This document shows positions 56,201-64,000 of a stretch of 64,000 nt of DNA, in pieces. Source of the DNA: Octopus vulgaris (Eukaryota); contig OX597829.1 in assembly GCA_951406725.2 (NCBI GenBank), positions 21,576,001 to 21,640,000 of the forward strand, in the 5' to 3' direction. Each line of letters starts with the position of its first letter. The first letter of the stretch is position 1. Under the pieces are notes generated by a model. That model was given only the letters and a program-made list of their open reading frames with translations. It was not told the origin of the DNA and searched no databases. A program made the translations under genes and the position numbers.

Positions 56201-57313
56201 TAGTAAAGTATTGATGATGATGATGATGATGATAGCAAGAAAGATAATCTTAAATATGTATGTATTTTTTTCTCTCTTTCTGAAAATATAACAATTTCTT
56301 AAGGGGTCTTCTTTTATGATTCTGGAAACACAATTGTAAATAATTGATTTGAAATAAAATTTCTTTATTCCTTCATCTAACAGTCTGATGACGCTCATGA
56401 TTCTAGTGATAATGAAGAGGTATTTCATCTATGTTTGGTTTTTTTTTTTCTTCTGCTTACCATTTTATTCCTCCTTTGGTTGATTTTACACTTAATTAAT
56501 AATCCCTGTCACTTTTTATCCATATTCTTCCTGTATTTAAAATTTTAATGAATAGCTGTGTAGTAAGAACTTTTCCCAACCACCGGTTCTGGGTTCAGTC
56601 CCACTGCATGGCACCTTGAGTGAGTATCTTCTACTATAGCCTTGAGTCAACCAAAGCTTTATGAGTGAATCTAATCTGGTAGATGGAAATTAAAAGAAGC
56701 CTACCATATATGTATGTGTGTGTGTCTCTGTGTTTGTCCCCCAACACTGCTTGGCAACTGGTGTTGGTTTGTCTATGTTCCTATAACTTAGCGGTTAAGC
56801 AAAAATAAATACTTAGGTCAATACATCCGACTAAAAATTCTTCATGACAGTACTCCAGCTTGGCCACAGTCTAATGACAAACAAATAAATGATAAAAAAT
56901 GAACAAATATAATAAAATGAACTTACCTCAAAAAAGTTTCATTGGGAAACACAAAATAAAAAAAACAAAAATATGGGTCTGTAATATGAGAGTAAAATCC
57001 ACTGAATCAGATATTAAAATATTTGATGATAAATAATTAAATAATTTACAATGAGATGTAACTGTGGTGTAATTATTGACGATAAAAAAATAAATAAAAA
57101 GCTATTGAATTTAAGGCACCATTAATATATACTAAGGTAGCAATCTTGTAGAATTGTTAGCATGAGATGCAGGAGTAGCTGTGTGGTAAGTAGCTTGCTT
57201 ACCAACCACATGCTTCCAGGTTCCGTCCCACTGTGTGTCACTTTTGGCCTCAGGTCGACCAAAGGCTTGTGAGTGAATTTGGTAGACGGAAACTGAAAGA
57301 AGCCCGTCGTATA

Positions 57314-57374
<61 letters not shown>

Positions 57375-60300
57375 ATCTGTGTCTGTGTTTGTCCCTCCAA
57401 CATCACTTGACAACCGATGCTGGTGTGTTTATGTGCCCGTCACTTAGTGGTTCGGCAAAAGAGACCGATAGCATAAGTACTAGGCTTACAAAGAATAAGT
57501 CCTGGGGTCGATTTGCTCAACTAAAGGCGGTGTTCTAGCATGGCCACAGTCAATTGACTGAAACAAGTAAAAGAGTATGCTAGACAAAACACTTAGCGAC
57601 ATTTCTTCTGACTTTACGTTCTGAGTTCAAATTCCACCAAGGTCAACTTTGCCTTTCATCCTTTCAGGGTTGATAAAATAAGTACTGCTTGAACACTGGG
57701 ATTTGATATAATCAACTTATTCCCTCTGTAATTGCTGACAAAGTGCCAAAATTGGAGACCATTATTATTATCAGTAGTAGTATCACTAATTTTTGAATGA
57801 CATGTTTTTCCAAGGCCCCTGTAATACCCTTTTATGTTTACAATTCATTGTTCCCTTCTTGTCCTTGTTTTTTTATTATTTATTTTTTTTGCTTCCAAAT
57901 TTTGTTTCCATTCATGTTACTTCCCTCCTTTGCCTCTTTTAAAGATGTAATTTGTTTTAAATATTTTGTATCAAATTCATATAAATACAAAAACGTGTTC
58001 TTTTTTTTTTTTTTCTGTGGGGGGAAAAAATTGTAAAATACTTCTAATCATTCTTCAGCTTCTTATTTAAATATCTTGACCCTTTATCATTCAAATTTAT
58101 CATTGTTTTGACCCTTTAGCATTCAGATTACTCTGTCAAATGTAATGTTTAATTATTCACATTGTTTTGAATTAATCATACATTATTTTTCATAGCTTTG
58201 AGATTTTAATGATGTGATTGTTTATTTTTAGAATGACATTGTAGGGTAGGTATGAGGGGCTGGTTCTAGCCAGTTTGAACATAAAAAAGGTATAATATTT
58301 GGGCTAGATATGGCTGGCTTAACACTTCAGCATTCAAATTACTCTGTTCTCAAATGTAATACTTATTTATTCACATTGTTTTGAATGAATGAAGCATTAT
58401 CTCAGTTTTGAGATTTTGATGATGTAATTGTTTATTTTTAGAATGACATTGTAGAGTAGGTGTAAGAGGCCGGATTTGGACAGTTTAAAGCTAAAACAGG
58501 TAGAATATTTGGGCTGGATATAGTCAATCAGTTTAAATGCTAAGGGGTCAAGTTACATGTCCAGAGTATTTATCCTCTAAATCTTCTGTCATTTATTGCT
58601 AGAAATGTAGACAAGTTATTTACTGTAGGTAATTAACAATCATTGTTAAAGAGAATACCCCTCACTTCTATTAATTTTGTCTCCTACAGTAAGAGAGATA
58701 TTTTCTATTTTAGCAAATGTCATACTTCATTGTTTCACAGATTAATTAGTTAAGAAGTTAATACAGCTAATTCCACAATTACCACAAGCAGTAGAGAAAT
58801 ATTTTTCAATTATAAGAATTATTGTGGATGACACACTGTTGTATCAGAATGGCTTTTTAATAATTATAATAGTTAGAATGGATTGTTAATGATTTTGACT
58901 ATTCTAAGTCGGAGATATCGCATCATGCATTATTACCATAGAAATCACATGTAGTATGACTGGATAACTCAAATGTAGTAATTCCACAGAAATATAACAT
59001 GTAATTATCACCAGAAATAACATGGTGTTACCAGTGAAATCACTACATGTATTAGAAGAGAAATGACTGGCAGAATTCCGATGGAAATCACATGTAGCAT
59101 GACTTTAGAAATACCTACATGTAGTATTACCAAAGAAATTTCAACATGTAGTGTTATCAGACAACTCCCAACAAGTGGCTCTACCAGAAAAATTGCACAT
59201 AATATTCCATAGAAAGCACATATATCACCATAGAATTCACATACTGTACAGAGAAATGACATGTAGTATTACTAGAGAAATCTAAACATAGTAGTACCTC
59301 AGAAATCTCAACATGCAGTATTACCTGAGAAATTACATATAATATTTTATAATCACAACATCTAATCTTATCAGAAAAGTTACATCATCTGATATATTTT
59401 CCAAGCAAACAACGTTGCATTATGTAGGAACACATGTAGGAAGTTTTTTTATGCTCTTACCTTTGTTTTAGTGTTTATCAGAATTTTATCTTGTAAACTA
59501 TAGGGAACATACATAGCCACACCTATGGCTATCCCTACCACAATGATGAGCGCTGGCAACATTCCTCCTCCGCCACCATACACACCACAAATGGCTCAGA
59601 GTTTCCATGCTCAACAAGCGTAAGTTTTCCATTAAATTTTTTTTTTTTTTTTTTTTAATTTAACCCTTGCATGAATTTGCTTCTAAAGAAACACTTTGTC
59701 TGTGGTTTGAAAACAATAATCAAATCTCAAAGGGATTTAATCAATTAATTAATACTTTCATTGTTAAACTAAATCCTTGAAAGGATGAAAGGTTAAGTCA
59801 AATTCCACTGTGGTCAACTTTGTCTTTCATCCTTTTGCATTAATAAGTACCAGCTGAGCACTGGGATCAATGCAACCAACAAGCACTCACCCTCAAAATT
59901 TCAGATCTTGTGTCTATTGTACAAGAGATTATTTATTATTATTATCATCATCATTAAGTGGAGGCGCAATGGCCCAGTGGTTTGGGCAGTGGACTCGAGG
60001 TCGAAGGATCACAGTTTTGATTCCCAGACTGGGCGTTGTGTGTGTTTATTAAGCGAAAACACCTAAAGCTCCACGAGGTTCTGGCAGGGGGTGGTGGCGA
60101 CCCCTGTTATACTCTTTTGCCCCAACTTTCTCTCACTCTTTCTTCCTGTTTCTTGAGTGACACTGTGGGGAATAAATACGTCATAGAAACCGAGAAACTG
60201 GGCCCATGAGCCTGACTAGGCTTGAAAAGGGCGCATAAATAAAAAGAAATTATCATTATTAAGGCAGCAAGCTGGCAGAATTGTTAGCACACTGGGCATA

Positions 60301-60647
60301 ATGCTTAGTGGCATTTTGCCTGTCTTTATGTTCTGAGTTCAAATTCCACTGTGGTCGACCTTGCCTTTTTGGGGGTCAATAAAATAATTACCAGTTGAGC
60401 ACTGGAATTGATGTAATCAACTTATCCCCTCCCCTAAAATGGCTGCTCTTGTGGTAAAATTTGAAACCATTATTATTATTATTGTTTTTTTTTTTCTTCT
60501 TTCAAATTTGCTTCCATTTCTTGCCAAGTGTCTTCCCGACTCCTAGGGCAAAGAAACTCATAGTATACATTGGTAGGCCATTAAACCAAACTCAATAGTT
60601 CGTTCATTTTTTTTTTTTTAAGGTTAAATTAAAACACATGGGCAGTA

Positions 60648-60679
<32 letters not shown>

Positions 60680-63261
60680 GGTAGCAAGTTGGCAGAATCA
60701 TTAGAACAATGGGCAAAATACTTACTGGCATTTCATCTGCTGCTACGTTTTGAGTTCAAATTCTGCAGATGTTGACTTTGCCTTACATCCTTTTGGGTTC
60801 AATGAAACAAGTACCAGTTACACACTGGGGTAGATGTAATCGATTATCCCACTTCCCCCAAAAATTTTCAAGGCCTTGTGCCTAGTGTAGAAATAATTAT
60901 TCTTATTGTCATTATTATTATTAAGTTGGTATGCTAGCTGAATTGTCAAAATACTGGACAAAATGCTTTGTGGCATTTATTTGATCTTTACATTCTGAGC
61001 TCAAGTTCTGCAGAGTTTGATTCTTTCGGAATCAAAAAATGAAGTACCAATTGAGCACTGGGGTCAATTGATTGTCTCTTCTCAAAATTGATGGCCTTAT
61101 GCTAAAATTGGAAAGAATATTACTCATGTGACTCATGCTCAGTTTTTTTGTGTTTTTTTTTGGTGTCGTAGAAGAATTAGATTTATTAGTAATATTGGTG
61201 AAAAAATTTAGTAGTACATTTTATTTTTAACATTTTATTTATTTATATATTTTTATTTGTCATCAGCAACCAACAGTTTCATGCAACAATGGTTCCTGGT
61301 ATTGTCCACGGTGTAGTCCCTGGTCAAATGATAGCTGGTGTTCCTGTCAATGCTCACATTGTTGAAGACCAAAGAAAAGGGAAGCATTTTCACGAACAAC
61401 AAATGAAACTGAAACTATTTGGTCGATTAGGCGTGGTATCTTCTGATCCCGACCGCATGATTGAGTCTATGTTTGGTAAAGTTCCAAAATCAAAACCTAA
61501 AGTTCACATTCCACAAACATCTCAAACTGTTACAACTACTAATACGACAACGACAACAGGTTTGTAGATTCCTCTGTACATTTCACTGCCTTCTGTTAGA
61601 GAGACTGATATAGTAAATGCTATGAAATGGTAGCTGCATTGAGGAAAGGAATAACAGTGATAGGTTCTTTATTGATAAAGGCTTCAGTTTTGAAACTCTA
61701 GTATGTTTTCCTTTCCTTGTGACAGCTACATTTGTATTTTATTGCTGTCATATCTTGTTTGGATTATTTCTTGCAGATAATAATACATCCCAAGTTTGAG
61801 TTTACCTTGTTAGTGTTAGGGACAATTTACTGTATTGTACCTAATTATAGGTACAAGCATAGTTTCATAGGTGCAGGCATAACTGTATGGTAAGAAGCGT
61901 GCTTCCCAACCACATGGTTCCAGGTTCAGTATCCCTGCATGGCATTTTGGGCAAGTATCTTCTACTATAGTCCAAGGTTTACCAAAAGCTTTGTGACAGG
62001 ATTTGAGAGACAGAAACTGAAAGAAGCTTGTCATGTGTGTGTGTAGGCATGGTTTTATGGGTTAGTTTGCTTCCCAGCCATATGGTTTTGAGTTTGGTCC
62101 CCACCAAGTGGCACCTTAAGCACGTTTTCTACTCTAGTCTAAGGCTGACTAAAGCTTAGTAAATGGATTTGTTAGATGGAAACTGAAAGAAACCTGTTGG
62201 ATCTATGATGGGTGTGATGATATGTAACTATATGTATATCTTTGAGTCTGCTTGTCTTGATAACCCACATGATAGTTGTAAACGAGTGTCACTATCATAC
62301 ATGTTGTGTTGTTCTTTTCTGATATGCTGTATAAACATGCCTGGCTATGGGGGAAATATTTCCTCATTTGTAGGTAAGGGTTGGTGACAGGAAGGGTATC
62401 CTGCTGTAGCAGATCTACCTCAATAAACTAAATGTGTGATGCATGTTATCATCATCATCATCATTTATTGTCCATTTTCCATGCTAGCATGGGTTGGACG
62501 GTTTGACTGGGGTCTGGGAAGCCAGGAGGCAGTGTTTCTACAGCTGGAATGCCCTTCCTAATGCTAACCACTCCGTGAGTGTAGTGGCTGCTTTTTACAT
62601 GCTACTGGCACAAGCCAGTCAAGGCAGTGCTGGCACTGGCCACATTCGGATGGTGCTTTTTACATGCCACCGGCATGGGTATCACAACTGCAATTTCCAT
62701 TTGATTTTTATTTTGATGTTGATGTACTTGACTCAATAGGTCTCCTCAAGCACAGCAGGTCGCCCTACAATCCAATGTAAGCACAGCAGGTTGTCCTACG
62801 ATCCAAGTATGCGTAGAAAAGTGCATATTAAAATGATGATAACATACATGGTTAATTGGCAAAGTTGTTAGAACATCATGCAAACTGCTTAACAGTATTT
62901 GTTTCAATTCTCTGCACTCTGAGTTCTAACTGCAGCTTGGCTTTCAGGGGTCAATAAAAAAATTAGAAAGAATTATTAGTAATGATGTTGGTGATAAAAG
63001 TAGCTGCAGTAATTAATGTTATCAACCTTAGTATCTATTTTCACCTTAATGAACCCTTTTATTGTAGTTTTATTTTATTTTATTTTATTTCAGCAATTGA
63101 CAGTGATCCTGATAGTTTTGGAGACTTTATGCAAGGACCAAGTTCTGAACAGTCTGAGAAATCTTGGATGGGTTCTTTAGGCTTTTCTTCATCTTCATCA
63201 GAAAATAATCCAGCTAAAGCTCCTCCCCCTGCCAATGAAGAAGAAGAAGAAGAAACCAAAG
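28455..63261 (+). CDS. SYNRG: Synergin gamma (AP-1 gamma-adaptin ear-binding protein), N-terminal part; multi-exon span, gene continues beyond window
   Basis: Six exons join in frame across GT-AG introns: MADNR|NVDFSQMQT|GFNPLQG...IYPVQ|GTYI...[19 protein letters not shown]|NQQF...[19 protein letters not shown]...|[16 protein letters not shown]... The Gln/Pro/Met/Gly-rich N-terminus, [11 protein letters not shown] and [19 protein letters not shown] resemble the vertebrate SYNRG segments PQYTPDMQKQF and EEERKRRQFEEQKQKLRLL (recalled, not aligned). DSFGDF fits the gamma-ear (GAE) binding motif. Confidence 0.85.
28740..30300. repeat. Compound TA-derived microsatellite/minisatellite (~1.5 kb)
   Basis: TA background with periodic G and T substitutions forming 16-20 bp units. 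Confidence 0.95.
33157..33566 (+). mobile_element. tRNA-derived SINE family A, full-length young copy
   Basis: Head tggctgtgtggtaag...ggttcagtccc, internal (TA)n, 3' end tgactgaaacaaataaaagag. Confidence 0.88.
35170..35575. repeat. Long inverted repeat (~155-bp arms, 90-bp spacer)
   Basis: 35170-35325 is the reverse complement of 35416-35575 with scattered mismatches. Confidence 0.9.
38407..38687. mobile_element. hAT-superfamily MITE with perfect 8-bp TSD
   Basis: TIRs tagtgcttctcaaa / tttgagtagcactg; TSD CTCTAAGC at 38399-38406 and 38688-38695. Confidence 0.9.
39026..40210 (-). mobile_element. Degenerate mariner element (~1.2 kb)
   Basis: TIRs ttggttgtcagataaattcttt / aaagaatttatctgacaactca; minus-strand remnants IITGDE (39600-39620) and [12 protein letters not shown] (39235-39275), matching mariner TGDEKW and YSPDLAPSDY. 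Confidence 0.8.
41135..41660 (+). mobile_element. Decayed RTE-type LINE fragment
   Basis: DFNVRKGL...[24 protein letters not shown]...EIWTL resembles the RTE post-RT region. Confidence 0.6.
43041..43251. mobile_element. piggyBac-type MITE
   Basis: TTAA|CCCTTTAGCATT...AATGCTAAAAGG|TTAA; family copies at 323-541, 51089-51310 and a tandem pair at ~58112-58547. Confidence 0.85.
45368..45845 (-). mobile_element. 5'-truncated RTE-type LINE (ORF end + 3' UTR + (TGA)n tail) inserted in a TTAA-flanked MITE (45297-45997)
   Basis: [34 protein letters not shown] followed by the aggaagggcatccagc...ccaacccatgccagcatgg...tgatgatga end that recurs at ~720, 1570, 2500, 37500, 41740 and 62450. Confidence 0.75.
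48845..49856 (+). mobile_element. Helentron-associated (HINE/DINE-1-like) non-autonomous element with internal insert
   Basis: 5' ttattacctccacc, gtttgtttgtctgt tract, subterminal inverted ggtggaggt and 3' hairpin gcactctctgggtg. Confidence 0.6.
49446..49610 (+). pseudogene. Gypsy-type integrase C-terminal (GPY/F module) fragment
   Basis: [42 protein letters not shown]. Confidence 0.7.
51089..51310. mobile_element. piggyBac-type MITE
   Basis: TTAA TSDs, CCCTTTAGCATT / AATGCTGAAGGG termini. Confidence 0.85.
52278..52620 (+). mobile_element. tRNA-derived SINE family C nested in a hAT-like MITE (52165-52765)
   Basis: Pol III head, tgtgttcttgagcaagacactt domain; flanked by repeated tattattagga; a minus-strand relative lies at 21821-22022. 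Confidence 0.7.
53967..53995 (+). CDS. SYNRG: SYNRG 29-nt microexon (NVDFSQMQT)
   Basis: Long polypyrimidine tract ending tttcag, donor G|gtctgt; phase-1 end joins the next exon as G|GG. Confidence 0.7.
54104..54720. repeat. Inverted pair of a ~200-bp repeat in SYNRG intron 2
   Basis: aattttgttgtgtctggg...gtcatactgcctta...ttattggagctg versus the reverse complement of ~54500-54720. Confidence 0.85.
55037..55185 (+). CDS. SYNRG: SYNRG exon ([22 protein letters not shown]...GIYPVQ)
   Basis: ctttttag acceptor, CAG|gtaaac donor, open frame, higher GC than the flanks. Confidence 0.88.
57167..57575 (+). mobile_element. tRNA-derived SINE family A copy
   Basis: Same head, body and tail as 33157-33566. 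Confidence 0.85.
58935..59345. repeat. Degenerate ~24-27 bp minisatellite (acatgtagtattaccagagaaat-like)
   Basis: Recurring catgtagt...agaaat cores. Confidence 0.75.
59504..59619 (+). CDS. SYNRG: SYNRG exon ([38 protein letters not shown])
   Basis: ctatag acceptor, GC|gtaagt donor; phase 0 in, phase 2 out; YTP motif. Confidence 0.88.
61267..61559 (+). CDS. SYNRG: SYNRG exon with coiled-coil-like [19 protein letters not shown]
   Basis: catcag acceptor after a T-rich tract, G|gtttgt donor; contains most of ORF 61289..61567. Confidence 0.88.
63094..63261 (+). CDS. SYNRG: SYNRG exon with GAE-binding motif DSFGDF
   Basis: tttcag acceptor, AAAG|gtaaaa donor; phase 1 in and phase 1 out. Confidence 0.88.
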
Positions 63262-63432
63262 GTAAAAACAGTAGAATAGCATTGTTTTATTGATGCATTA
63301 TTAAAAGAATGTGTGGATTTCTGTTGTTTGATAAGGATTCAGTTGATCCAGTAACTGAATTATCTGCCCTTGAATTATCATTTAATTGGCTGAGCATTCC
63401 ATGTGTATCCTTGACGTAATTATTAGGTAGTA

Positions 63433-63762
63433 GACGTGTGATCTACAACTTAAAGGACGATTACTTTAGGTTACTTTTTAGTTTACTTTTCAATCTCTAA
63501 AAACCCTCAAGTTGTTGGCTAAAGATTTTTTACAATAAATACTTTAGTACATAGCATTATAAATGGATTTTTTTCAAAATTCTTATTATTTTAATAATAA
63601 TAAAACCATTTATATCTAAGTAAATAAGAAATCATGAATAAACAATATAATATTTAAAATAAGCATATAGATCACACAAGTTTGGCAGCTGTGAGTTTTG
63701 CAATGTAAAGAAACTAAAAACTAACTTAAAGTAATCGCCCTTAAAGATGTATATCACATGCC
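63433..63762. mobile_element. MITE of the same family as 14352-14799
   Basis: gacgtgtgatctacaacttaaaggacgattacttta / taaagtaatcgcccttaaagatgtatatcacatgcc. Confidence 0.7.
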
Positions 63763-64000
63763 AATGGGCACCAATTGGTGTTACTTGGTGTATGTGATCC
63801 ACCTGATGGGCTCCTATACAGTGTCTGTCTACTTTATTTCACTTATAGCCCTAGTATATTACTAGTACTTATCCTTTCCAAATGCCAAGTATAAGTAAAA
63901 TGGCTCCAGTCTGATTTGAATTCATTTTAAATGCAGTTGGTTGCTGAATTATGTAATATCTTGACTAAGTTATCTGCAGCACTACTCATTAGAAATTATT

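Overview
AT-rich, repeat-dense eukaryotic (animal) genomic DNA, not prokaryotic. The SINE families and abundant (TA)n/(TACA)n microsatellites strongly suggest an octopus (inference). Most ORFs in the supplied track are microsatellite or repeat artefacts. Two spliced genes lie head-to-head. The first is the 5' part of synergin gamma (SYNRG) on the + strand: a probable first coding exon at 28455-28468, a ~25.5 kb intron, then frame-consistent exons at 53967-53995, 55037-55185, 59504-59619, 61267-61559 and 63094-63261, continuing past the window. The second is an unidentified minus-strand gene with frame-consistent exons at 10311-10228, 8491-8342, 4674-4571 and 3268-3103, with no further exons found to its left. 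The rest is mobile-element debris: tRNA-derived SINEs, RTE, CRE and Penelope retroelement remnants, Tc1/mariner elements, hAT and piggyBac MITEs, a Helentron-like element and a probable solo LTR. The most notable signals are hammerhead-ribozyme motifs in short elements sitting in TA microsatellites, including a 130-bp palindrome with a hammerhead core on each strand, and a long inverted repeat just downstream of a 29-nt SYNRG microexon.
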